Positions 1-11,231 of a stretch of DNA of 64,000 nucleotides are shown here, piece after piece (the first letter of the stretch is position 1; each line of letters starts with the position of its first letter). The DNA is from Macrostomum lignano (taxonomy: Eukaryota), in contig NIVC01001357.1 of assembly GCA_002269645.1 (NCBI GenBank), positions 62,001 to 126,000 on the forward strand, written 5' to 3'. The notes under the pieces were generated by a model. It made no database searches, was not told the DNA's origin, and was given only the letters and a program-made list of their open reading frames with translations. A program made the position numbers and the translations under genes.

Positions 1-1
1 T

Positions 2-421
2 CATCGGTTGGACTCCCGGGCCAGCCGGGCCAGGAAGCGTCTGTCCGTCCTACGAGCCCGGCTGCTGTCCGAGCCGCTATCCGAGCCAGCCTCTGTGCCG
101 CATCCGAGGATGCTGCGCGCCCATCTCCAATCACTGGAAGTTGGCAGCTTCCATCTGGCTAGCGGCCACGTCAAATGGGACAAGGTCCGCCGGCTGGCCG
201 TCTGCCTGCAGCCGCTGCGCATGGCCCGCCAGGCAGGCGGCGGCGTTGACGACCGTCGGCTGACGCGTCAGCTGAGCCGGCGAATCGACGAGCTGGCCGG
301 AGCGGATCTGGACCTGCTGCTGCAGATGCAGAGCGCCGACTCGGCGCCCGCGCCCTGCGCTAGCGGCGTCGTGTCCGGCCTGACCGCGCCAGTGGCGCAC
401 GACCGCGTCATTGACGGCTGA
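2..421 (+). CDS. 3' terminal coding exon (5'-truncated by the window) of a probable divergent RasGEF/CDC25-domain protein
   Basis: Frame is open from base 2 to TGA at 419-421 with GC-rich codon usage like the other exons. Segment SVPHPRMLRAHLQSLEVGSFHLASGHVKWDKVRRLAVCL aligns by eye with the C-terminal CDC25 consensus ([40 protein letters not shown]). No search was run. Confidence 0.5.
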   Translation, partial: HRLDSRASRARKRLSVLRARLLSEPLSEPASVPHPRMLRAHLQSLEVGSFHLASGHVKWDKVRRLAVCLQPLRMARQAGGGVDDRRLTRQLSRRIDELAGADLDLLLQMQSADSAPAPCASGVVSGLTAPVAHDRVIDG

Positions 422-499
422 TTGTCAAACGCAACAATTGATGCGAAGCAAATGGGTTGAAAATGCCTCAGGCAAAATGTGCCGCTCTGATGGATCCAG

Positions 500-1760
500 T
501 TATTTGTCTGGTTTTGTTTGTCTGGCTGGTTTTGTTTGTCTGTCTGTCTGGTTTTGTTTGTTTGTCTGGTTTTGTTTGTTTGTCTGTCTGGTTTTGTTTG
601 TTTGTCTGTCTGGTTTTGTTTGTTTGTCTGTCTGGTTTTGTTTGTTTGTCTGGTTTTGTTTGTTTGTTTATCTGGTTTTGTTTGTCTGTCTGGTTTTGTT
701 TGTTTGTCTAGTTTTGTTTGCCTGGTTTTGTTTGTCTGTCTGTTTTTGTTTGTCTGTCTGGCTGGTTTTGTTTGTCTGTCTGGTTTTGTTTGTTTGTCTG
801 GTTTTGTTTGTTTGTCTGGTTTTGTTTGTTTGTCTGGTTTTGTTTGTTTGTCTGTCTGGTTTTGTTTGTTTGTCTGGCTGGTTTTGTTTGTCTGTCTGGT
901 TTTGTTTGTCTGGTTTTGTTTGTCTGTCTGGTTTTGTTTGTCTGTCTGGTTTTGTTTGTCTGTCTGGCTGGTTTTGTTTGTCTATCTGGCTGGTTTTGTT
1001 CGTCTGTCTGGTTTTGTTTGTTTGTCTGATTTTGTTTGTCTGTCTGGCTGGTTTTGTTTGTCTGTCAGGCTGGTTTTGTTTGTCTGTCTGGTTTTGTTTG
1101 TTTGTCTGGTTTTGTTTGTCTGGTTTTGTTTGTCTGGTTTTGTTTGTCTGGTTTTGTTTGTCTGGTTTTGTTTGTCTGTCTGGTTTTGTTTGTTTGTCTG
1201 GTTTTGTTTGTTTGTCTGTCTGGTTTTGTTTGTTTGTCTGGCTGGTTTTGTTTGTCTGTCTGGTTTTGTTTGTCTGGTTTTGTTTGTCTGGTTTTGTTTG
1301 TCTGTCTGGTTTTGTTTGTCTGCCTGGTTTTGTTTGTCTGTCTGGCTGGTTTTGTTTGTTTGTCTGATTTTGTTTGTCTGTCTGGCTGGTTTTGTTTGTC
1401 TGTCTGGCTGGTTTTGTTTGTCTGTCTGGTTTTGTTTGTCTATCTGGCTGGTTTTGTTCGTCTGTCTGATTTTGTTTGTCTGTCAGGTTTTGTTTGTCTG
1501 TCTGGCTGGTTTTGTTTGTCTGTCTGGTTTTGTTTGTCTATCTGGCTGGTTTTGTTCGTCTGTCTGGTTTTGTTTGTTTGTCTGATTTTGTTTGTCTGTC
1601 TGGCTGGTTTTGTTTGTCTGTCTGGCTGGTTTTGTTTGTCTGTCTGGTTTTGTTTGTCTGTCTGGTTTTGTTTGTCTGTCTGGTTTTGTTTGTCTGTCCA
1701 GGTTTTGTTTTGGTTGGTCTTCTGGTCTTCTTCTTTTGTTTGTCTGGCTGGTTTTTCCGC
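500..1760. repeat. Degenerate GT-rich tandem array built from TCTGGTTTTGTTTG plus TCTG/TTTG tetramers (14/18/22-bp variants)
   Basis: Directly visible; explains the CLSGFV/VLFVC pseudo-ORFs at 411-1797. Confidence 0.95.
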
Positions 1761-2381
1761 TCTTTATCTTGATAAATCACATTTATTTGTTCAATAATTC
1801 ATCAGTTAAATACCATCACATTGCAGTCGGTCTGCCAGTTCATTCCAATGCCAGTATCCTGTATAACATTTTCGCCTAGTCCTACCTATGCACTAAAATT
1901 TTGCTCAAGACAATTCATTAAGCTAGCACAACGTATAGGGAATTAGTTGTCATGGTTACTATGGGCTTTACTATAAAAAAGTTACCGATATAACTTCTAC
2001 CTCACCTAAACTCGTAACCCAACCCGCACTCTACCAGCTGCATGCCTTCCGAAACCAAAACGGTTTTTTTATATTTCCTTGCGCTTCCCACAGCAAGTTT
2101 GTATTTTGTTTTTCTAAAGCCAAAATTATCATTCGAATCTCGAACTGCCGCTTTTTGTTCTCGTTTGTATTCTCTGTTTATGTTTTTATACATGTTTATT
2201 GTGGTGCTCACCGCTGTGCTGTGAACTTTTTTGTAACTGTAAAATTTGAAAATATATACCTATATTTATGTGTTTTTACCATTACTGCAGCTTTTCGAAT
2301 ATAAAGTACTTTAATAATAATACGAGTTTATTGTAGGTATTTGTAGCTTACTTGATACCTACTGATCACTTTTGCCCCTCC

Positions 2382-2870
2382 GATTGGTCCTGCGTCTGCC
2401 CACCCCTCCCCAACTCAACCGCTGATTGGTCCTGCGTCTGCCCACCCCCTCCCCAACTCAACCGCTGATTGGTCCTGTGTCTGCCCACCCCCTCCCCAAC
2501 TCAACCGCTGATTGGTCCTGCGTCTGCCCACCCCTCCCCAACTCAACCGTTGATTGGTCCTGCGTCTGCCCACCCCCTCCCCAACTCAACCGCTGATTGG
2601 TCCTGCGTCTGCCCACCCCCTCCCCAACTCAACCGTTGATTGGTCCTGCGTCTGCCCACCCCCTCCCCAACTCAACCGCTGATTGGTCCTGCGTCTGCCC
2701 ACCCCCTCCCCAACTCAACCGCTGATTGGTCCTGTGTCTGCCCACCCCCTCCCCAACTCAACCGTTGATTGGTCCTGCGTCTGCCCACCCCCTCCCAAAC
2801 TCAACCGCTGACTCCCCAACTCAACCGCTGACTGGTCCGCCTACCTACCCTCGTCTGCGTCTGCCTACCC
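2382..2870. repeat. 42-43-bp minisatellite (GATTGGTCCTGCGTCTGCCCACCCCCTCCCCAACTCAACCGCT), ~10 full copies plus degenerate tail
   Basis: Directly visible near-identical units starting at 2382. Confidence 0.95.
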
Positions 2871-3259
2871 TCACGCCCTGTGAATCAAGAGAAAAAATGC
2901 CGATAAATTCAATGAAACATCAATTGCCGACCAAAAAAGTTTATTGATAATTTATTTTTTTAAATCCGACTCAAAAAAGCAGACTCACTCGCGAAGCATC
3001 ATCCAGTTAATTTGCTTTGATTACTCTCGTATAGAAAGGAGCCATCAAAATTGTTAGACTGGTTATTAAACTGGCCGTGCCATTCGTCATTTACAAAAAC
3101 AACATTTAATATTTCTCGACAATAGTGAACTTTCAATATGATATTCAATAACTAACTGGTGGGCGATGCACAGCTGTTGCACACGAAGGGGAAATGGGAT
3201 AGTGAGGGAGGGGATTGCAGTGAAAGTTCGTCCGTCTTAAAACTTATCGAACCAAGCGC

Positions 3260-4936
3260 TCAGGGCTGCTGCAGGCGAATCGCCGACTTCGCGTCTTCCT
3301 CGCCGCCGCCGCCGACGCTGCCGCCGCCCATGGGGATGCTGTTCCCGTCCTCGTCCTCCTCAACATCAGGGTGTTGCTCCCCGGCCTCGCTGTGCGTCTT
3401 CAGGTGCTTTGAAAGGTGATCGGAGCGCATGAATCTCTTGCGGCACACCGCACAGGAAAACCGCTTCTCACCTGTGTGCGTCCGCAGGTGCCGCTGCAGC
3501 TCGTCGGACCGGGTGAACCGCTTGCCGCAGAACAGCCAGTTGCACACGAACGGCCTCTCCCCGGTGTGCCAGCGAAGGTGGGCCTTCAGGTGCGAGGTCT
3601 TGTTGTACACCTTGCCGCAGCCGGGGATGTGGCAGCTGTGCAGGTTCCGCTTGCGCAGCTGCGCCGCCGCCGCCGGGCCCAGACGGTCGGCCTCGCGACA
3701 GTTCGGACAGTCGCAGGTGGCCCGGCCGGGGTAGCGCCGGTTCGACTTGCCGCCGCTGCTCCGGCTGCCGTTGCCGGCGTCTCTGCTGCCGGAGTTGGAC
3801 GACGCTGCTGGCGGCTGCTGTTGCAGCGGCATCGGCGGCTGCGGCGGCTGCGGCGGCTGCTGTCCACCGACGGACGACGTTGAAGTGCCAGCATAGCCAG
3901 CCGCCGCCGCAGCCGCAGCTGCAGCAGCCGCCGCCGTGGCGGTCGCCGCCGCGTCGGCGTGGCTGAACAACGGCAGGAAGGGATGCGTCTGCTGGCTGAC
4001 CAGCGGGTAGTCAGCGGCCGGCTGGCTCAGATAGGCGAAGTGCTGCGCCTGCTGCACCTGGTGCGGCTGGTGCTGATGATGCTCGGCACCGGAGGCTGCC
4101 ACTGCGGTAGAGAGCCAGTTGGGTCCGTGCTGCAGTTCCCAGTAAGAATGCTGCTGCTGTTGCTGTTGCTGATGTTGAAGGTGCTGTTGCTGCTGCTGCT
4201 GCGGCTGGTGCTGCTGCCAGCCCTGGTACAGCGCTGCCGGCGGATAGTCAGCCTTGAACATCGGCGTCGACATCGGCTCCATCAGCGCCGCCGTGTGATA
4301 GAAGTCGCCGCCTCCTCCGCCGCCGCTGCCGCCGCCGCTGCCGCCGCCACCGGCGCCACCGCCGCTGTTGGCGCCGCCTCGATAATAAGCCGCAGCAGCA
4401 GCCATCGCTGCCGCCGCCGCTGCTGCCGTGGCCGGTGGCAGCTTGCCGACGTCAGCAGAGGCTCCTCCTCCCGCCGTCGGCGAATTCTCAGACGAGGACG
4501 GCGCCTCCGGCCTGGTCGGCACGCCGACACTGCCGACGCGGGTGCCTTGCGAGATAATCGCGGTCTCTTGGGGAGACCCGTCGCCTCGGCAGTCGGCGGC
4601 GTCGTCGAGGTGGCGTCGCATTGACGGCTCTTCAGCCGATCCGACATCCTGTTTGAATATGGAGTGAGAATGGGGCTTGGGAGTTGGGTCATGGGAAATG
4701 TTGGGATTTCTGAGATGGGTCATGGGAAACATTGGGATTTCTGAGATGGGTCATGGGTAAAATTGGGATTTCTGAGATGGGTCAGGGGTAAAATTGGGAT
4801 TTCTGAGATGGGTCAGGGGTAAAATTGGGATTTCTGAGATGGGTCATGGGAAAAATTGGGATTGGGATGCACATACCAGTCCATGCCGCCTGGGCATTGC
4901 GGTTGCCGAAGCTGCCACCTCTTTAGTAGACTTCAT
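3260..4936 (-). CDS. sp6-9: Sp6-9 (Sp8/Sp9-like) C2H2 zinc-finger transcription factor; complement(join(3260..4648,4877..4936)), ~482 aa
   Basis: Buttonhead box [14 protein letters not shown] followed by three fingers ([25 protein letters not shown] / [25 protein letters not shown] / [23 protein letters not shown]) typical of the Sp6-9 clade. Acceptor ttcaaacag|GAT at 4648 (phase 0) joins a 60-nt exon ATG(4936)...CTG|gtatgt (4877), also phase 0. There is an in-frame TAA upstream of the ATG. Candidate AATAAA signals on the - strand at 2940-2956. Confidence 0.93.
4690..4870. repeat. 30-bp minisatellite (TTGGGATTTCTGAGATGGGTCATGGGAAAA), ~6 copies, filling the Sp6-9 intron
   Basis: Directly visible; occupies most of the 228-bp intron. 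Confidence 0.9.
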
Positions 4937-5520
4937 GCTCTGCAAACCGTGTAAAATTCTGCTTTCGTATATCACAGCCGGTTACACAAGCTGCAATCTG
5001 GGGATGAAGAAATGTGAATCGAAACGGAAGCAGGCGGGCAATTCTACTTAAGGAATCGGAGATCAATAGGGATTCGGGAGGGCCTGTCTGATTGGCTGAT
5101 TGCATGGGGGTTTGAGCAGCCACGGCAGAGGCGGCGGCAGAGGCGGCGGAGCGGGGGGGAAGCTGCGGATGAAGCTGCTGCAGAGCAGGGGGGATGCTGG
5201 AACGAATCACTGGGGAGGGCCATCGACTATTTTCACTGCTCGGTTGGAGGGAACGCGAGATGAGCAAGCCGATAATGAAGAAGCTCTGAGATGCTGGTAG
5301 ATTTGCGCATTTGTCAACATCTAGTATTCGATAAGGGCGTTGGCTCTGATTAGTGAAGGCTGCTTCGCTGAGAAGGGGGACTTTGAGCAGGGACTGAGTC
5401 GATTTCGAATAACAGCTCTTCATCAAAAATACACTGGAGTCAATGGGGTTGCGTTTGCTGAAAATCATAAAATTTGATTAATAAACAATAAAAAGTTAAG
5501 GTTTAAGAAGTTAAGATTAA

Positions 5521-6440
5521 AGAGTTTGTGCTCAAGCTTATGGAGTTTGTGCTCAAGCTTATGGAGTTTGTGCTCAAGCTTAAGGAGTTTGTGCTCAAGC
5601 TTAAGGAGTTTGTGCTCAAGCTTATGGAGTTTGTGCTCAAGCTTATGGAGTTTGTGCTCAAGCTTAAGGAGTTTGTGCTCAAGCTTAAGGAGTTTGTGCT
5701 CAAGCTTAAGGAGTTTGTGCTCAAGCTTAAGGGGTTTGTGCTCAAGCTTATGGAGTTTGTGCTCAAGCTTATGGAGTTTGTGCTCAAGCTTAAGGAGTTT
5801 GTGCTCAAGCTTATGGAGTTTGTGCTCAAGCTTATGGAGTTTGTGCTCAAGCTTAAGGAGTTTGTGCTCAAGCTTAAGGAGTTTGTGCTCAAGCTTAAGG
5901 AGTTTGTGCTCAAGCTTAAGGGGTTTGTGCTCAAGCTTATGGAGTTTGTGCTCAAGCTTAAGGAGTTTGTGCTCAAGCTTATGGAGTTTGTGCTCAAGCT
6001 TATGGAGTTTGTGCTCAAGCTTAAGGAGTTTGTGCTCAAGCTTAAGGAGTTTGTGCTCAAGCTTAAGGGGTTTGTGCTCAAGCTTAAGGGGTTTGTGCTC
6101 AAGCTTAAGGGGTTTGTGCTCAAGCTTATGGAGTTTGTGCTCAAGCTTAAGGGGTTTGTGCTCAAGCTTAAGGGGTTTGTGCTCAAGCTTATGGAGTTTG
6201 TGCTCAAGCTTAAGGAGTTTGTGCTCAAGCTTATGGAGTTTGTGCTCAAGCTTATGGAGTTTGTGCTCAAGCTTATGGAGTTTGTGCTCAAGCTTAAGGG
6301 GTTTGTGCTCAAGCTTAAGGAGTTTGTGCTCAAGCTTATGGAGTTTGTGCTCAAGCTTAAGGGGTTTGTGCTCAAGCTTATGGAGTTTGTGCTCAAGCTT
6401 AAGGAGTTTGTGCTCAAGCTTAAAGAACTTGTTGTCAAGC
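5521..6440. repeat. 21-bp minisatellite (GAGTTTGTGCTCAAGCTTAAG and variants), ~43 copies, one AAGCTT per unit
   Basis: Directly visible; three interspersed variants (TAAGGA/TATGGA/TAAGGG). Confidence 0.97.
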
Positions 6441-7469
6441 TTAAAGGGGTTAATGGTGAATCTTGAAAGTTTATGGTGAAGTTTTGTGTCTTTATAAAGA
6501 AGTTGCAATGTCTCAAAAATTTAAATAGATTTGTGAGGCAGCTTAAAATATTTCTAAAAGCAGGTGTCCCATTGGTCTTTTTCTGAGCATACAGAAAATA
6601 TCTCTCTTTTTCCAAAAGAAAACTCTCAACAAAAGGCAAAATCTCAGGCTCGCGTCTTCTGCCTTTGTGCCCGCCCGCGGCTCGGGGTGATAATTATGCA
6701 TATAGAAGAAAGTTTTGGCCCATCCCGTTCCGGTCAGCCGCCGATCTATAATGGGAGAGCCGCGGAGAGACAGTCGGCTAGCAGAACAAAACCGGGGGAA
6801 GTTATCAATTGCGAGTCTTGATTATAGGGGGGGGGGGGACAGAAAACCTGTTTATGCAAGCAGGCAGGCGGCGGCATTCCTGCTTAAATCTCGGAGCGAG
6901 GGCTCGCGTTGAGACCCGTTAATCATGGACGGCGCACCACCCCCCTCACAGCACACCTGGTTCGGCTTGGGATATGTGAGCAGAATTCAACTCAATTTTC
7001 CGCCTGACTGCCCGAGAACAGAACAGAGAGATAGGGCGACTTAGAGTTAGGGGGGGGGGGGTGGAGGGGAAGAGACGAAGGCCCGAGTTTTCCCCATCTA
7101 TATTTTTTCTACTTCCCATTTCTTAGAAATCCCCGCTTGCCTGTTCCCCGCCAGCTGAGCCCAGGGAGGGAGGAAGGGAGATGGAGGAGCCGGGGGGACT
7201 CGAGTGCCGCGGCAGGGTAATTACCCCCCCCCCCCAACTGCTACGCCGGTTTCAAAGCAGCAGCTAACTAGAGCCATGAAAAGCCTAAGTCAAGAAGTGA
7301 CGGCTTGAGGCCTGGGGGTTCCCCACTTTCAGACAACTTTAGGCTGGACTGCAGGTCTTCAGTCTTTTCATCATACACAAAAGATGGGGCCGAGCTTCTG
7401 AGAATTGGGCGAATTTTAAGGATTAATAAATTTTCTCCATATTTGAGTAACAGTTTTAGTATTTGAGGA

Positions 7470-7612
7470 CCCCAGTTTAGCTACACAGGCACTCAGTTTA
7501 GTGTCATGAAGGCACTCAGTTTAGTGTCATGAAGGCACCCAGTTTAGCGCCACAGGGCACTCAGTTTAGCGCCACAGGGCACTCAGTTTAGCGCCACAGT
7601 GCACTCAGTTTA
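7470..7612. repeat. 22-bp tandem repeat (GCACTCAGTTTAGCGCCACAGG), ~6 copies
   Basis: Directly visible; shares CAGTTTAGCGCC with the array at 8358-8495. Confidence 0.85.
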
Positions 7613-8357
7613 AACCAACTCTCAGAAACTCGTCTATGTTTTGCGTGCAAACTGAAATCGTGCAAGCAGCCCTGAAAAGTCTGAAAATGCGGATCAAGGC
7701 AGCAGTCACGGCAAGGCCTCACGACTGGCACAGAATCTCACGCAAAACTTTCAGTTTATACACAATAGAACGTCGAGTTATTCCCATTTGATAGCTGAAT
7801 AAATTAAATTTATATATATTTCCCAGTGTTTCCCCGAGTGCCTAATGAGCTGATGAAGACAGCGCGGAGCTGGGCTAAAACTTCCCGACTCCATGGATCT
7901 AAGAGCTCCTTGATTGCGGCCAGGGCACCTCGCTGGCAGCCAGACCATGCAGCTCCATGTAAATCCTAACGAGCTGGACAATGTAAAACAAGTGGGCGGA
8001 AGGAGAGAGAGACAGATAGAAAAGGATCGACCCTTTCTTTCTTAGAAATGGGCCCTCATTAACGCTCAACTCAGTGTCGCTGCCTCACCCCAATCAGTGC
8101 GCTCTGACGACTGGCAGCATGTATTAGCCATAATTTCTCTTGTAGCAACATCAGTTCCGGACAGCAAGGCCAATTTCAAGTGGGACTGCAAAGCGGCTGA
8201 CTAACCAAGCCGGGAACCCGAAGCACAGGAGGACCGAGCCATGGATTTTTTATGGCCGGCTAGTGGGGCCGGCAAAAATTCACATATTAATTTAGGGAAT
8301 TGGGGCGTTGGGCTAGCATTGATTTTTGTGCCATATATAACTGAAGCATATATTTTA

Positions 8358-8495
8358 TTCAGTTTAGCGCCTCAGGCCTCTCCGTTTAGCGCCTCAGGTC
8401 TCTTAGTTTAGCGCCATATATAAGGCAACTCAGTTTAGCGCTATAAGGCAACTCAGTTTAGCGCCATAGGGCAACCCAGTTTAGCGCCATAGGGG
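8358..8495. repeat. Degenerate 18-22-bp tandem repeat with core CAGTTTAGCGCC
   Basis: Directly visible. Confidence 0.8.
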
Positions 8496-8509
8496 GCCCT
8501 CTTTCAGTC

Positions 8510-9240
8510 ACTCTTGCCCCTCCGTGTCATTCTGCTCCCCTGTCACTCTTCCCCCTCACTCTCCTCCCCCCTCATCTTCCTTCCCCCGTCACTCTCCTTC
8601 CCCCGTCACTCTCCTCCCCCTCCCCTCCCCCTCCTCCCCCTCACTCTCCTCCCCCTCACTCTCCTCCCCTCTCACCCTCCTTCCCCCTCACTCTCCTCCC
8701 CCCTCACCCTTAACCCCCTCACTCTCCGCCCCCTCACTCTCCTCCCCCGTCACCCTCCTTCCCCGTCACCCTCCTCCCCTCCTCCCCCTCCCCTCCTCCC
8801 CCTCACTCTCCTCCCCCTCACTCTCCTCCCCCTCACTCTCCTCCCCTCTCACCCTCCTCCCCCTCACTCTCCTCCCCCCTCACCCTTAACCCCCTCACTC
8901 TCCGTCCCCTTCACTCTCCTCCCCTCCTCCCCCTCACTCTCCTCCCCCTCACTCTCCTCCCCCCTCACCCTCAACCCCCTCACTCTCCGCCCCCTCACTC
9001 TCCTCCCCCGTCACCCTCCTTCCCCGTCACCCTCCTCCCCTCCTCCCCCTCACTCTCCTCCCCCCTCACCCTCAACCCCCTCACTCTCCTCCCCCTTCAC
9101 TCTCCTCCCCCTTCCCCTCCTCCCCTCACTCTCCTCCCCCTCACTCTCCTCCCCCTCACTCTCCTCCCCCCTCACCCTTAACCCCCTCACTCTCCGTCCC
9201 CCTCACTCTCCTCTCCCCTCACCCTCCTTCACCACCACCC
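8510..9240. repeat. C/T-rich low-complexity repeat (CCCCTCACTCTCCTC-like units)
   Basis: Directly visible; explains the Pro/Ser/Leu pseudo-ORFs at 8514-9425. Confidence 0.92.
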
Positions 9241-10019
9241 TCCGTCGCCCCCGCTTCACTGCCCGCCCCAACCGATTGAATGAGAAGAGACGAGCACCGC
9301 AAGCGCGAATTTCGAATCAGATGATGCCGGAAGCGACAAAGCAACTGGATTGCAAATTTGCCAATTGGCATGAAAAATGTGGCGAAGTGAGAATTTGTTT
9401 AAATCGGGCATATTTATATATTTAAATATATTAACTTATTATGAATTGAAAGAAGCGATTCAAAGACTCTGAGGACTGCTATTAAGCGATTCGATCTGCA
9501 ACAGTTATAACAAAATATTTACAAACTAGTTTTTTTAAAAAGCAAAATGGCCAACCAATGCAATCGCAATTTCAATTAGTCTGCTTTTGTCAATTCTGTT
9601 TTGGAAGAGGAAGTTAATAAATAAATTATTAAATTAGCAAAGCACGGGACAGAGACAATTGACTCTGCTGTTATTAGTAATTTTGCTCTGTCTGACAAGG
9701 CGTAATGGAAAGCACATTAACCGCGTGTTTAAACACCAAGGTCTAAAATTTGCAAAAGCAGAAGGCAATAAGCAGTTAGCAACATTGAAGGGCGGGGGAT
9801 ATTAGAAGAAAAAAATTGGAAAACCCAACAAAACGTGAACAGATTGGGACAGGCAATGGCAACAGCAATTAGGAAGTCAGTACATTTATTTCCGGCAATT
9901 AAAGCAGCAAAATGGAACTGATTGACGAGACTATTGCACAGAGGCAGCAAATGGGACTGAGTGGATGTAGGAACACATCGGAATAGAAAGAATTGTATCA
10001 GATAGAATTATATTTTTCG

Positions 10020-10425
10020 TGTGCCATTATCCCAGCTGCAACTGGCCATAAACAGTGCCATTACTCAGCTGCAACTAGCCATAGACAGTGCCATTACCCC
10101 AGCCACAACTGGCCATAGACAGTGCCATTACTCAGCTGCAACTGGCCATAGACAGTGCCATAACTCAGCTGCAACTGGCCATAGACAGTGCCATTACTCA
10201 GCTGCAACTGACCATAGATACGAGTAGTGCCTTTACTCAGCTGCAACTGGCCATATGAAGTGCCTTTACTCAGCTGCAACTGACCATAGATAGTGCCATT
10301 ACTAAGCTGCAACTGACCATAGATACGAGTAGTGCCTTTACTCAGCTGCAACTGGCCATATGCAGTGCCATTACCCCAGCCACATCTGGCCATAGACAGT
10401 GCCATTACTCAGCTATAAGTGGCCA
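10020..10425. repeat. 33-bp minisatellite (GTGCCATTACTCAGCTGCAACTGGCCATAGACA), ~12 copies
   Basis: Directly visible. Confidence 0.92.
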
Positions 10426-11139
10426 TAGACAATGTCATTAATTCAATTTTAATTCTAGAAACAATTCTATTACAAGATCTGATAAAAATTGATTCCAAAG
10501 CACTTATATTGACAAGTCCTAAAATTAATTTAATACAAAAATCTAGCATTGCAAACCAATGAATCACACACATACACAAAAGGCGACAATGATAATTTCT
10601 ATGCATACAGCAACGTGACATATGAACATAAGTTGGAGGTTGGAGGATCTTAAAGCAATACGGCAGCAGACCCATTGGCCTGCAGGCGGATGCATTGAGA
10701 CACATTGGAACAGCTCTATCTGATAAGATCCGATATAGATTTCAACTGTTAATGACAGTTACAAGATTAGTTAGAGAAGACAAATTGCTTCGATCGTCAC
10801 CAAAAATGGAATGGTTGGTTTCGGAGATCTACACGACAAAAAGGTGCATCATTAAGAAATATGGGAGGTATTTAAAGCATCAAGGGAGATGATAGGAAAC
10901 AAGGAATTAAAAAAATAACCAAAGCAGCAATCAGAGTAAGCCAAAGAAAACCCGATTTAATAAAAACGTGCTAGCCATACTACTGACAGTGCAACAGCAG
11001 TAGGCAGATTGGAACATGCAAACTGGAATTTTATGTTGTTATTTTTGGTTCATCGCACAAATTACGGAGAAAAGAAAGTGAGGTGAATTGACGGGCCAAA
11101 CCGGGATGGAGGGGGGTTGAACCGGTGCCGGCAGCTGGG

Positions 11140-11231
11140 CTAGGACTGCTGGGCGGAGTCCGCCGACTCAGCAATAGGCAGCACAGTGAACCGGCCGACG
11201 TGGGTAGCGCAACCGGAGCCCCGTCTGGCGC
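11140..11231 (-). CDS. wnk: Probable last coding exon of WNK, encoding the GRFTV (RFxV) SPAK/OSR1-docking motif
   Basis: Acceptor cattgtacag|GC in phase 1, matching the upstream donor phase; reads ARRGSGCATHVGRFTVLPIAESADSAQQS* as a GC-rich island in AT-rich DNA. Confidence 0.7.

Noticed and set aside
411-1797. Long Cys/Leu/Val/Phe-rich ORFs that look like multi-pass membrane proteins
   Set aside because: Translations of a GT-rich tandem array, open in several frames at once, with no splice context.
3416-4667. Antisense and alternate-frame ORFs overlapping Sp6-9, WNK and CUB exons
   Set aside because: Expected shadows of GC-rich coding sequence with few stop codons.
5465-6639. 347-aa KLEHKLL heptad ORF resembling a His-rich leucine zipper
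   Set aside because: The 21-bp unit automatically gives a 7-aa period; several frames on both strands are open and the listed start is TTG, not ATG.
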